Below the pieces are notes generated by a model that saw nothing but the letters and a program-made list of their open reading frames with translations, had not been told where the DNA came from and did not search any database. Positions 1 to 13,468 of a stretch of DNA of 64,000 bases are shown here, piece after piece. Position 1 is the first letter of the stretch, and each line of letters starts with the position of its first letter. The stretch comes from Octopus vulgaris (Eukaryota). Where the stretch lies: NCBI GenBank assembly GCA_951406725.2, contig OX597826.1, positions 30,876,001 through 30,940,000 on the forward strand, read 5' to 3'. The translations under genes were made by a program, and so were the position numbers.

Positions 1-638
1 ACACACACACACAAATCCTTTGACTTTTATATATATATATATAAATACACACACACACACACACAAATCCTTTGACTTTTTCTGTCCAAATGTATTTTTA
101 ACCCAATATTTATATTCCATTATTTATAGCTTTATATATTTCTAGTTTCACCGTTCCAAAAAAGAATTATTTCACATCTCTCGAAGTTCCAAAGTTCATC
201 TACAGACAGACAGACAGACAGATAGAAAGATAGAGAGATAGACAGAGGGTGAGAGAGAGTGTATACTAACCCAACAGCGCTCACCATACGACGTCCACCA
301 CTACACACACACACACACACGCGCGCCAACGCTCCAACCACAACCACCACCAAACAATAATTATTTCCCTGTCATGTTTATTTGACTTTTCAACTATTCT
401 GTAATTAATTGTCGAAAGCAGAGATAACCTTTAACTGCATCGGTTGTGCGTGGATGGGCGATATTTTGTTACAGTCAAACTGACGGAGCAACGATTCGTG
501 CGGATGAGGTTAACTGGTAATGGGGGGGGGGGTGTCCATAGTGTTGCAGTCGGTGCTGTTGGTGTTGGTGCTGTTGTTGGTGTTGTTGTTGCTCTCTATC
601 TATTTATATGTGTGAATGTATACGTGTATATGTATATT

Positions 639-693
<55 letters not shown>

Positions 694-780
694 TTGTGTC
701 TAAGTATGTGTGCCTGTGTGTATATGTACCTTAGTATGTGTGTATATATGTGTGTGTATGTATGTATTTATACATGTATT

Positions 781-814
<34 letters not shown>

Positions 815-939
815 AATGTATGTATACATACATATGTATATATACATATATATATATATACATATATATACATATACATACGTGTGCGTATATATATATA
901 CTTATATATATATACATACATATATATACATATATATAT

Positions 940-1032
<93 letters not shown>

Positions 1033-1058
1033 ATAGTAATATAGATATATATACGGAT

Positions 1059-1091
<33 letters not shown>

Positions 1092-1704
1092 GGTACACAC
1101 ACCTGTGCGTGTGTAGCGAGCACCCTTGGCCTAATTTGGTTACCTCCCTTGGCTGATCACTTTGTGAGTATGCGTGATTGCCTATATGTGTGTGTTTATG
1201 CGTACGTGAATGACTATTCTGTGCACATGTATTTGTATAAATGTGCGCATGTGAGTGTATGTGCATATATGTGTGTGTGTGTATACATGTGTGTGTATGT
1301 GTATATATGTGCGATTGCGTGTTAGTTTATACGTTTTCCTCATTTTACAAATACGTTTTTTTCCACCATTTTTCCATTCCAATTTTGTTGATTTTGTTGT
1401 CACTGTTATTATTGTCTTTCTTCTTCTCACTCCACCCCTCCTCCTAATCCTCTTCTCCATCACTCTTCCTCCTCCTCCTCCACCCCCTCCTCTGCCATTT
1501 CCTACACTTCTTATTCTTATCTTCATAGGTTATCGGTGGTGGTGGTGATGGTGATGGTGGTGGTATCACTTGAGGTGGTTTTGGTGAAAGATCATCAATT
1601 TAACATCAATTCACACTTCCTCCATTCCACTAACATCTAACCTCTACCTAATGGTGCAGACGGCCTCCGTTTTTATACTATCTTCTGCTCCTCCCCTTTC
1701 AACC

Positions 1705-1755
<51 letters not shown>

Positions 1756-1923
1756 GCGCATTACTCGATAACTTTCTCACAAACTTAGATAGACATATGC
1801 ACTAAATGCATACATAGTTATATATGTATGTATATTTGCAAGCAAACACGCACTCATACACACATGTTTATATAAACATTATGTGTGTGTGTTTGTGTGT
1901 GTATAATACATGCTTGTATACAT

Positions 1924-1998
<75 letters not shown>

Positions 1999-2059
1999 CA
2001 CAGAAATATCTACATATACATATCAAATATATACATTGATATGTATACATACACACACG

Positions 2060-2103
<44 letters not shown>

Positions 2104-2201
2104 CATATATACATGTATGTATATGTGTATATATATGTATATATATGTATATGTGTATAAGTATATATATGTATATATATATGTATATGTATATGTATAT
2201 A

Positions 2202-2282
<81 letters not shown>

Positions 2283-3162
2283 ATATACGCGTGTGTGTGT
2301 GTGTGCGTGTATATACTGCAACCTTCTCCAGTTACTTTCGCCATTTATCTTTCAAATAAAATTAATTCTCGCCCTTGAAGTCTAATTTTTCTACTTAACA
2401 CCACGGAAATATTATAAATCTTTCTGGATGGATTAATTGCGTAGAATCTACTCCCTCCCCACCACCGCCATCTCCCCACCACCTCCACCACTACTACTAC
2501 TACTACACCATTGATACCACTTCTGTGGTATTCATAGAACTACCACCAGGATACCATCTCTACCGCCTCCACCACCACCAACACTGCCACCTCCTCTCCA
2601 ACCTTATAGCCGTGCAGACATGCTGCTTGTTACCCGTCAAGGGGCTGGCTGGAGATTTATACAAGAATTTATTTAAAACCCCAAATTGCTTGCCACTGAT
2701 GATGATGGAGACGACGAGGTGGAGGAGGAGGAAATGATGAGGATGATGCTCATTATGATGATGATGATGAAGACAACGACTATAATGATGATGCTGACGA
2801 CGACAACGATAATGATGAAGTTGATGATGCTGATGCTGATGATGATGATGGTGATGATGATGATGATGGTGATGATGAGGGATGAAAGAGTGATGTGATG
2901 GCAGGGAAACATTCAGATAATTCTACTGATAACGATGTGGGAGTTGATAAAGCCAACAACGGCAATGGTGATGATGATGACGATAATGATGATGATGGTG
3001 GTGGTGGTGGTGGTGGTGGTGGTGGTGGTAGTGGTGGTGGTGGTGGTGGTGGTGATGATGTTAATGTTGATGATGTTGATGATGATGATAATGACGACGA
3101 TGATGATGATATAAATAATGCGCGAGCAGACATCACGCATGTCTCCGCATACGTGTTCGTCA

Positions 3163-3250
<88 letters not shown>

Positions 3251-3639
3251 ATGTATGCACATGACCTTGATTTTTTTTACATGATTAGAATGCCACAAAC
3301 TGAACCGCAGTATATCGCTGGTACTTATTTTTGGGAAGGGTAGTGATGAAGGTGGGAACGTATAAGGAGATTAAATGTCGACTCATTCTGGCAGAGTATG
3401 GCTTTGGCATACGAAACGTAGAGTCAGTAATGAAGACGGCAACAAAGACGTTGGTATGACAGGTACCACAAAGAGAGACAGACAGACAAACTGACGGACA
3501 GACAGAGACGGAGAGAGAAGACCTAATGCATTTGGTATTATCTCTCTTTGCAGAAAGCAGAAGTGTTCATAAAACCTCGGTAAGAACATTTGATTGAGTA
3601 CAAAAGTCCGAGCAATGTGAGAAGATTCATAGTCGTTTA

Positions 3640-4128
3640 TGCAAATACTCCAAGGACACAGATATTGTGTCTAAAGCCAGCTAGAGACGAAGATCTCTTG
3701 GGGCTATAAAGCTACAGTAACACCCCCTCCCCAATGTGGTTAGCCATGATAAGATGGCTCCTATACTTTACATTATCGAGCGATTACTGTTTCAATCTCA
3801 TTCTGAGATTTAATTATGCTTACTGTTCGTTTTTCGACATCAGTGGCAGACGCCATTAGAAAAACATATATATTTGCAAAGAGGCCTTCACTTTCATCGC
3901 TACCTGGTGGTTACCGCCCGTTGACGAGGGACAACAATCCCGAAACTAGTTCGAGCGTATCACTCAGGCTTGCGAGGAAGGGATGGCCTCCCTTTGCAAG
4001 TACTCCAAGGACACAGATATTGTGTCTAAAGCCAGCTAGAGACGAAGATCTCTTGGGGCTATAAAGCTACAGTAACACCCCCTCCCCAATGTGGTTAGCC
4101 ATGATAAGATGGCTCCTATACTTTACAT
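3640..4128 (+). mobile_element. Retrozyme-like / Penelope-LTR-like non-coding element: 355-bp unit with 134-bp direct terminal repeats and an internal hammerhead motif
   Basis: 3640-3773 repeats at 3995-4128 (offset 355, one visible mismatch); hammerhead-like motif at 3915-3957; no meaningful ORF. Confidence 0.7.
3915..3957 (+). ncRNA. Minimal type-I hammerhead ribozyme motif (slightly mutated)
   Basis: CGCCCG-TTGACGA-GGGA caacaa TCCC-GAAA-CTAG-TT-CGAGCG: stem I 5/6 bp, core with C3>T, perfect 4-bp stem II, palindromic stem III. Confidence 0.7.
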
Positions 4129-4152
4129 AATTTTTAATCCTTTTTGGAATAG

Positions 4153-4395
4153 TATTGGGTTGGTCCATAATTATTGCGGCTTTTTTTATTCAACAAAAAC
4201 AATAACAATATTTAACAAAATCATCTTTAAATGACGGTCTGACCGTCTGCCAAGGAAATGGGAACCAGTAATTGAAGTAGATGGTGAATATGCTTCGGAA
4301 TAATCATTTAAAGATGTTTTTGTTACATTTTATTGTTTTTGTTGAAAAAAAAAATTGTTGAAAAAAAGCCGCAATAATTATGCACCAACCCAATA
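4153..4395. mobile_element. mariner-derived MITE
   Basis: TA-flanked long TIRs (TTGGGTTGGTCCATAATTATTGCGGC / GCCGCAATAATTATGCACCAACCCAA); centre retains a transposase C-terminus-like VIEVDGEYASE*. Confidence 0.85.
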
Positions 4396-4523
4396 GCTCT
4401 CAAAGTAATCAGAGTAGCATGTAAATATTGGATTCGGTATTCACTGTTCCAAAAAAGAATTATTTCGCGTTCTTCTGGCGTCGATAATTTTTAATTAATA
4501 CAAATTTCAGAGTTAACCCCACT

Positions 4524-4555
<32 letters not shown>

Positions 4556-5272
4556 TCACTAGCTCACTGTACTAACGATTATTTCACCGAACCATTAGTT
4601 TCATTAAAACATTATTTTTTCCGTCTCACAGGATGAAAAGTGCTAGCGTTGGGCTTGCTATTTCCTGCCCTTGCAGAGCGAGTTCCTGGGTACTTTTGCC
4701 TCGTCCTTCTATTAAAGCAGTAAGTGCGTTCTGATATTGCCAGGATCTGTGACCTTTTAATCTACGGCTTACGACACAAATCACGAAGCAATTTATTTTG
4801 ATAGATTTGTGCCTGAAATTGAAATGAAAACACTGTATAAGGAAGTGTTTTGTTTTGTTTATAGGTTCAAAGGTTAAATGGTCCTTGCATTAAGTTAACG
4901 CATGCGTTCTCACTTTTCATGGTTTGCCATTTGCTCTTGGATTTCAGAAGTAGTCGGGGTGAACAGGTCAACTCACTTAAATTTCGATATCCGCCACCAC
5001 CGCCACTACCACCACCACTACCACTATCACCACCGCCGCAACCACCCACCACCACTACTATCACTACTTCCACCACCACCACCACCACCATCACTGCAGC
5101 TACCACCAGCACCATCACTACCACTTTCTGCATTCCTTAACCCGTCCTGAGAGAAGATGCTTCAGCGCACAAACATATTGGAATTAATGAATATATCGTT
5201 AGCTTGGCACTCTGAGTTCGAGTACCTTGTACGGGCTTGAAAAAGCAAGAAATGTCCCAATTCCCAGGACTC

Positions 5273-5660
5273 GGAAAGGCTGTAAGCTGGCAGAAACGTT
5301 AGCACGCCGGGCGAAATGCTTAGCAGTATTTCGTCTGCCGCTACGTTCTGAGTTCAAATTCCGCCGAGGTTGACTTTGCCTTTCATCCTTTCGGGGTCGA
5401 TTAAATAAGTACCAGTTACGCACTGGGGTCGATATAATCGACTTAATCCGTTTGTCTGTCCTTGTTTGTCCTCTCTGTGTTTCACCTCTTGTGGGTAGTA
5501 AAGAAATAGGTATTTTGTCTGAGTTCAAATACCACCGAGGTCGACTATGCCTTTTATCCTTTCGGGGTCAATAAATTAAGTACCAATTACGTACCCGGGT
5601 CGATATAATCGACTAGCCCCCTTTCCAAAAATTTGGGGCCTTGTACCTAGAGTAGAAAAG
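5273..5660 (+). mobile_element. Dimeric tRNA-derived SINE (family A)
   Basis: Head GCTGGCAGAAACGTTAGCACGCC with B-box-like GAGTTCAAATTCC; core GCCTTTCATCCTTTCGGGGTCGAT (resembles the Meta/MESC SINE domain, from memory) present twice; 14-bp TSD AATTCCCAGGACTC at 5259-5272 and 5661-5674. Confidence 0.85.
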
Positions 5661-5783
5661 AATTCCCAGGACTCAGAGAGTCGGTTACTTGGTTCCCATA
5701 GCTAATAAGTGACCAACATGACAACAATCCTCTTCAACGGTATGGCAGTTCATCGCTGGGTTACTCATTGGACTGGATTAAAA

Positions 5784-6207
5784 TATTGGGTCATCCCATA
5801 AATAATGCGGTTTTTTATACTTCTTTTATTTTTCAAAATTAAGATAAACAAAGTTCTGTTTTTAATCCATTTTCTACAATACTCTTCCATTTAACTGGCA
5901 GACTTGCAAGACCCCTATTCCAAAAGGGATTAATATTTCTCGCACTTTCCGTTGCGTTGTTGCTTTTATTGAACTCATAAAGCAAAATATGCCGAATATG
6001 CTCTTTTGTCACTTCCATTATAGCTTTGAAAAGATAACTGTTAAAATCGAACTACACTCTTCAAAACTTGCACTTAGAATAAGCACAAGGTAAAATTACT
6101 GCCAGCTTTTACAGCAAGTTGATGCAGATAATTTATCCCGTCCTCCTCCGACATTTAGTTCATGCAATTGGGAAAAAAACGCATGTTTTTAATGGTATGA
6201 TCTAATA
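5784..6207 (-). mobile_element. Internally deleted mariner element
   Basis: TA-bounded degenerate TIRs; minus strand encodes MEVTKEHIRHILLYEFNKSNNATESARNIN (mariner N-terminus) joined to FWNRGLASLPVKWKSIVENG (C-terminus). Confidence 0.8.
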
Positions 6208-6373
6208 CTTCATTTAAAATGAAATACAAACTTGATACCGGTTCAATTATGCGTGAGACGAATTTGACCCGTAAGAAAGACATTCACTGCATTTTGTAAT
6301 GGATAAAATTTTCCACAGTAAATACATCAACTCAGATCACGATGCTTTTTAGCTCGGCATTATTTTTCTTTTA

Positions 6374-6508
6374 CTTATTCTGCCGGAGTCGACTTTGCCT
6401 TTCATCCTATCGGGGTCGATAAATTCAGTACCAGTGAAACACTAGGGTCGATGTAATCGACTTATCTCCTTCCCCAAAATTCCAGGCCTCCTGTTTCCAG
6501 TAGAAATA
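6374..6508 (+). mobile_element. 5'-truncated SINE family A
   Basis: Same core as 5273-5660; 15-bp TSD ATTATTTTTCTTTTA at 6359-6373 and 6509-6523. Confidence 0.75.
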
Positions 6509-6519
6509 ATTATTTTTCT

Positions 6520-6800
6520 TTTATTTGTTACAGTCATTTAACTACGGCCATGCTGGAGCAACGCTTTGAAGGATTTAGTCGAACAAATCGATCCCATTAT
6601 TTGTTGTTGACTTTTTTTAACGTGGTGCTTATTCTAACGGCCTCTTTTACCGAGCAGCTACGTATTAAGAACGAAACAGACCAGCATCGGTTTTCAAACG
6701 GTGGTAGAGGACAAACGGAAGAGATACACTTACACATGCATACATACATACACAAACACACACACATATACATACATGCGACGGGCTTCTGCACAGTTTC
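6520..6800 (-). mobile_element. SINE family B, 3' part (further pieces at about 7370-7510 -, 7676-7800 -, 8180-8400 +)
   Basis: Reverse complement matches the body and tail of the 11710-12116 copy (GCTCCAGCATGGCC, GAAGCCCGTC). Confidence 0.7.
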
Positions 6801-7057
6801 CGATCGATATAGAAATCGTTAACTAAAACATTCGCTGATTTGTACAAAGTTGGCCGAACTAGACTTAATTCCACATACACACAAGAAACAGCATTAGATT
6901 AAAATACTGTTTTTACTTCGTGTATTGACCAGAAGAAGCGTTTTAGATCAAAGAGTTCCATTTAATTGCACTTCGCTAGAATCACAATTTTGATTAATTA
7001 ATTAACCAGTCAGTATAATGTCAAATCATTTTACCATCTGTAAATTCATATGTGTGT

Positions 7058-7096
<39 letters not shown>

Positions 7097-7124
7097 CGTG
7101 CGTGTGTGTGCGTGTATATATATC

Positions 7125-7325
7125 GTAAATCCAAAATTTTATTTTGGTAGTTATGGGAGCAACTGTCTTCGAAGCCTCATATTGTCGCTCAATGCTCGAA
7201 ATGAGGAGTAGTTAGACAGCTGACAACTGATGAAGGGTCGTTCTTTATGTTACTTGTCCTGTTTTCAATTTGTTTCTCTCGTTGTTTGCGTATTGAACTC
7301 ATTTGCTTTCGTATTTCATGTAAAC
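7125..7325 (+). repeat. Unclassified ~200-bp dispersed repeat (other copies about 48050-48190, 60240-60445; partial about 45700-45780)
   Basis: Shared GGAGCAACTGTCTT...GCTCGAAATGAGGAGTA...GACAACTGATGAAGG...TTACTTGTCCT; usually next to (TA)n. Confidence 0.75.
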
Positions 7326-7599
7326 ACACATGCGATGATGGGGAGAGAAACACACACACACACATAGGACTTTCAGTTTCTGTGTACCAAATCCACTCGA
7401 CCCGAAGCTATAGTAGAAAACTCTTGCTCAAGGTGCCACGCAGTGGGACTGAACCCTGAATCATGTGGTTGGTAAGCAAGCTGCTTACCACACAGCTACT
7501 CCTGTGCCTATATATATACACACATACATAAATATATATGTGTGAATATATAAATATATGCATATATGCATACCTATATATATGGGTGTATATATATGG

Positions 7600-7668
<69 letters not shown>

Positions 7669-7909
7669 CATTTCACATCGGTTTTCAAACGGTGGTAGAG
7701 AACAAACAGAAGAGATACACTTACACATGCATACATACACAAACACACACACACACACACACATATACATACATACGACGGGCTTCTGCATAGTTTCCGA
7801 TCGATATAGAAATCGTTAATTAAAACATTCACTGATTTGTACAAAATTGGCCTATATATATGGGTGTATATAAATACTTATAAATATGGGTGTATATATA
7901 TAGAGAGAG

Positions 7910-8081
<172 letters not shown>

Positions 8082-8784
8082 TGTCATTTCACTCAGTACG
8101 TGTGTGTGTGTGTGAATTTGTGTGTGTGAATGTGTGTATGTGTATATCTGTGTGTCTGACTCTGTGTCTGTGGACTTATACGCATGTCTGTGTTTGTGCT
8201 CCTTCATCGTAGGGCAACCATGTTGAATTGTTTAGATCGCCGTAACTTAGCGATTCAACAAAAGACACCGATAGATTATGTACCAGACTTTAAAAACAAA
8301 TACGTGCTAGGTTCGATTTTGGGGACTAAATCCTTCAAGGCGGTGCTCCAGCATGACAGCAGTCCAATCACTGAAACAAGTAAAAAGATAAAAGAATAAA
8401 CGAATGGTCTAGCTTTAGTTTTGTTTCTGTTTTGTTTGTTGTGTTCCGTGTAAAACGTCATCTCTTGTATCCTGTATCATTACTCAATATCCTGTTTGTC
8501 CATTGGTTGTTCATGCAACTTTAAAAGTGTTGTGGGTAAGACCAGGGAGGTAATTGATAAAATATAAGCGATGAGTGATACGATATTACATTACGAAACA
8601 GGTAGATATCAGAGATAGAACGATGTGTTTTGATGATGATGATAACAGCAACAACAACAACAATAATAATAATAATAATAAAGATGAAAAGACCTGCATC
8701 AGCAGAAATATTTGTGCAATGTAATTTCCCCCTGACTACGAGCAGTGGAATCGTAGTTTTCGCTTTTGGACATTTCACAAACGA

Positions 8785-8875
8785 CCAATGAAAATTAGAT
8801 TGGTAGAAAAAAAATTTTCAGAAATCAACCAATAATAACATATCAGTCGTATAATCACCAATGTCAAAACCGGAA
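8785..8875. promoter_or_regulatory. Cluster of four CCAAT boxes plus ETS-like site
   Basis: CCAAT 8785, ATTGG 8799, CCAAT 8829, CCAAT 8858, CCGGAA 8870. Confidence 0.3.
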
Positions 8876-9780
8876 ACCCGCATATTTTATTCTATCTATT
8901 TATTTTATTTTGTTTCATTTTTGTTTTTTACTGGTCGAAATGGAAATTATAGGTGTTGATAATGATTCATACCTTTGGTCATATTATTGATTTTTTTCTT
9001 CCTTTTATTTTTGTATTCTGGTGATTTTTATTATTTATTTTTTTCTGCTCTTTGATAAGAAGGTAAAGATATTGGTTGTGATCAATAAATTTTGGTGACG
9101 TTTCGTTTCTGTATAAACCCGTGACTCTTTGAAAACCTGATCGGCGCTTTGGAAACAGAACTCTATTCGTTACGGTTTATTTACCGCACCCTATATGTAT
9201 ATAGATCAAAGCATTGAAATAACGGTTGCTCTCTAGATAAATAGTTTTTCAAAGAAATTCTCTCTTTATAATCCTCTTGGGTTTCCTGCATTCACTAATG
9301 GCTTTTCTGTCCAGTTAAATAATCACTTGGTTGGTACAAAATACCATCACCAGCCACTTATTACGGATTCTTTATTATTAGTATTTTCACTGTACCAGAT
9401 GATCAGTGAGTGTCCGAATCGATAGCGCTCCAGCTAAAATGCATTATGATATTTTACTAGATCTCAGCGTTCAGAGATCGAATTACGAAGAGGTTAACTT
9501 TACTTTTAATCCTCCCGAGATCTGTAAAATAAAGAATTAGCCAAATAATTCTTTCTATTTTTGGCTCACAGTTACAAATTTTAGGAGAGTGAGGCTATTA
9601 TATTACATAGGCATCATTTACTTGACTGTTATTTTTCATCATATTTTTCATCATCTCTAGAAGGATGAAAGGCAAAGATGACCTCGGCGGAATTTGAACT
9701 CAGAACGGAAAACGCTGAAAGAAACATCGTTAAGAACGATTTGTTTTGATGATGATGATGATGATAATAATAACAACACA

Positions 9781-11020
9781 TAAAACCACCTAAAAGCACC
9801 TTCTAAAAGTGCCAAAACTATAAAATCAACCATTTTTGGCCTTCTAAGGGCTTTAGAACCCAATAACTATAATTTTTTGTTTCTTTATTTTTTTTGTTTT
9901 TTTGTTATTTTTGCTTTAGAGTTTAAAAAGACTGATTTCATAGTTTTGGTTCATTTTTAGGTTTTTAAAGGCTTTTAGAGCCAGAAAAGGGTTTAAAAAA
10001 CCCTCAAATGAAACACTATACTATTATTAAACTAAAAAAGTTTATTGATAAAATGGCTGTAAAAAAATAAAATAACAAAATGAAAAACGCGATATATACA
10101 TAATTTAATTTTTTCTCTTCTTCTCGTTCTCCATTTTGTTCATGAGATGCATGTTGACCTTCATGAAAATTAGTATGTCAAAATTCTCATCGGACAGGGA
10201 TGAACTCTTGGCCTTCAAGATGTCCTCGCTCACAGAGAACAAACTCTTCACTGCAGCATTGGAAGGGAATGGCTGTGTTGGACTTAATGAACAAGTCCAC
10301 CAACACTTGTTCACCCAAGAAGGTAGCATCTGGCAGCAAGTCCTAGAAGTTGGTCTCCAACCAGGTCTTCACCAAATTCTGGGCCTTGTCCTTGAGTGAC
10401 CTGTGGCCCTGCTGCTCTCTTTTGGCTGGATGACAAAAGTCCTTCTCCTCTTTGTTGTTGCTGACTTCATAGTTGCTGCTCACTTCGTCAGACTGCTGCA
10501 TCAGGTTCTCCTCGACCTTACCCTCTATGCTCTTCCTCATCTTGGCGACCTTGGTGTTGTCATACTTATCCAACCAGTTGGCATTTCTCATGCTCCATGA
10601 TGGTCCTAAACCTTTTGTCGATGCCTGCCTAAAATACGTCGACCAAGTTAAAACTATAAAATCGGCATTTTTTAAAACTCTAAAGCAAATAATTTTAAGA
10701 AATTATAGTTTTGGGGTTCTAAAGCCCCTAAAAAGGCCAAAAAGGGGTGATTTTATAGTTTTGGCACATTTTAAAGGTGTTTTAAAGTGGTTTTAGAGTA
10801 AAAGCTGGGGTATTTTTGTTGTTTTTTTATAGTAAAAATTAACGTTAACCGTAACTTCCGTTAGATTTTTAAAGTATTAAATGATTAACGGAAGTTAAAT
10901 GTAATAGTAATTAATTAGTCCGATAATGATTTCCAAAGTTAACTTAAAAATTAAGTCGTTAACGAAAGTGTAAACTTCGTTAATTAACAATTAACGGATT
11001 TACGGTTTGGTACCCAGATT
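9781..11020 (-). mobile_element. hAT DNA transposon remnant
   Basis: Frameshifted minus-strand ORFs 10105-10591 include the hAT C-terminal dimerisation-like motif PSNAAVKSLFSVSEDILKAKSSSLSDENFDILIFMKVN; ~95-bp inverted repeats 9781-9875 / 10700-10797; TTAACG-rich subterminal array 10830-11010. Confidence 0.75.
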
Positions 11021-11709
11021 TTGAGACTGGTATGCATGGGCGGCTGCGGGGCTCCCATAAATAACCTTGCCTGGACTTGTGCCTCGGAGGGGAACTTTCT
11101 AGGTGCAATCCCATGGTCATTCATGACCGAAGGGGGTCTTTACTTTTTATTAGGAATTTTATAGGAAAATTGTTAAAATATTTCACGTATTGTCGGTGTA
11201 TGTCAAATTTGTTGCTTATAAACATTAACAACGAAATCTTAAGTGGACCCCCAAAGGTCATATGAACCCTGGTTGAGAAACACTGGTGTAGAATCTTCCT
11301 CGTTAAATTGTTAATTAGTATCACCACTGATATCATTGTTATTTAGCGTCAGGTTAATCCTGATCCAGTAGACCTATGATCAAATACTTTCCAGCCGTGA
11401 CCATATCACCATATTCTCCAGCATGCAAAGAACCTCAGTGCCACAATATTCAATATGTTATTTTGTAAGAAAGTAAATTGAGAATCGAAGGAGATTTATG
11501 GAACATAAAAAAGAGAGCTTGCTGTACAGAATTTGAACCCACGAACTTCACCTATGCAGGTGCTACCCAGAATGGTCAAACTGAAGGAATTAAGGGTCAA
11601 AGTGAATTTTTGAAGGGATAAATTTGTGCAGAATAATTGTGGGAAGACTGAGGTTTCCGGGGAATAGCGTTTCTGGAATGGAGCGGTCGAGTAAAATGTT
11701 TAAGTATAA

Positions 11710-11850
11710 GGCGCAGGAGTGGCTGTGTGGTAAGAAATTTGCTTCCCAACCACATGGTTCCGGGTTCAATCCCACTGCGTAAGTATCTTCTACTATAGCC
11801 TCTGACTGACCAAAGCGAATTTGGCAGACGGAAGCTGAAAGAAGCCCGTC

Positions 11851-11881
<31 letters not shown>

Positions 11882-12116
11882 AGTGTGTGTGTGTGTGTGT
11901 GTATGTGTGTGTGTGTGTGTGTGTGCGTGTGCGTGCGTGCATATGTATTTGTGTGTTTGTTTGTCTACTCCACCATCGTTTGACAACCGATATTGGTGTG
12001 CTTACGTCCTTGAAAGTTAGCGGTTCAGTTTTAAAAAACGATAGAATAAGTACTAGGCTTACATAGAATAATTCCTGGGGTCGATTTGTTCGACTAAAGG
12101 CGGTGCTCCAGCATGG
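11710..12116 (+). mobile_element. tRNA-derived SINE family B, most complete copy (others about 16330-16530, 17356-17520, 40815-41000, 53030-53445, 60050-60790)
   Basis: A-box-like TGGCTGTGTGG and B-box GGTTCAATCCC, internal (TA)/(TG) tract, tail CGACTAAAGGCGGTGCTCCAGCATGG; many copies in the window. Confidence 0.85.
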
Positions 12117-13010
12117 AGTCAAATTCTGGGCCTTGTCCTTGAGTGACCTGTGGCTCCTGCTGCTCTCGTTTGGCTGGGTAAAAGAATAGAGGTTGGAATT
12201 AGCGTTAAAAAAGACTGGATTCTGATTGTTAAGCATCTATTCTTCGATATTCCAAGAGAGAATAAGGTTTGGGGTTTTTTAAACGAGGATTTCCAAGGGT
12301 ACCCCCCTCCACTGTTCACTGTTCAATGTAATCTATTAAAATCTATTAAAACTTTTCGCATCATTTCATCTTCTCGTCATCTTTTAATTTTTTATTTTCA
12401 TTATTTCGTTTTGTCATTTTTTCTACATTTTTCTTCGTTTTTTCTTAGCTTTTGCTTTCCCTATCACTAATTGCTAACTTCTCACTTCTCACTTCCTTCC
12501 TTCCTTCCTTCCTTCCTTCCTTCCTTCCTTCCTTCCTTCCTTCTATCTGTTCATTCCTCCTGTCCTTCATTCCCCTTAGCTTAGTTTTACTTATCTTAAC
12601 ATAGCACCCTCACCTCTCACCATCCTACTAACGGCGTTACCCTGTTATCTCTCTGTAAGAGAGAGGAAATATGAAAAGCGAGTTCAATTTAATAGCTTCA
12701 CTGGGGATCGAAACTACATTGTCGTGAACAGCAATATCCAACGTCACGACCTCAATGATAGTAGTGAGATATATTACACAGTAGCAACAAACTCCGCTGC
12801 CCACATCGTCACTATCATCAGATGGCAGTGAGGTGTAATCAACATTAACAACAGGCTCTGTTGCTTCACACTGAGGTTACGTGTTGCTCAATGGTCGCCA
12901 TTAAATTTAAAGAGAAGCATTGTCGTGTGTTGGCGTCAATAGAAATAAATTTCATTTTATTGGATGGATACGTGTGTAGATGTATACCAATGTGTTTGTC
13001 TCTCTCTCTA

Positions 13011-13072
<62 letters not shown>

Positions 13073-13149
13073 TAAATACATATTGCATATATACATATAT
13101 ATATGTAATATGTATTTGTATGTGTTTATATATATATACACATATGTAT

Positions 13150-13188
<39 letters not shown>

Positions 13189-13427
13189 CGCATATATGCA
13201 TACACACACATAAATTTATATATATATATATGAATATATATATATATATATGTGTGTGTGTGTACATATATAAACATATGTATAATAGATAGATAGATGG
13301 ATAAATAGATAGATAGATATCAATTACTTTTTTCTTTTAATATATGTAGGTATATCGATTAATTTGAATGTACATAGATACGCAATATACATACATAAAT
13401 ACATACACACACACACATATATATAAC

Positions 13428-13468
<41 letters not shown>

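Noticed and set aside
424-512. Possible pre-miRNA-like hairpin (AACCT...AGGTT)
   Set aside because: Pairing is patchy by eye and matches no conserved miRNA I recognise; folding and small-RNA data are needed.
7190-7260. Conserved CTGATGA enclosed by GACAA/TTGTC in the repeat also at about 48140 and 60335
   Set aside because: No GAAA follows stem II, and the upstream GAAA does not give a valid type-II topology.
11710-11780. tRNA gene calls at SINE heads (also 27177 and 57610)
   Set aside because: A/B boxes are present but there is no complete cloverleaf; they continue into SINE bodies.
12614-12651. 38-nt minus-strand micro-exon candidate (ctcttacag...gtgagg)
   Set aside because: No partner exons or recognisable peptide; it lies at the end of a probable repeat.
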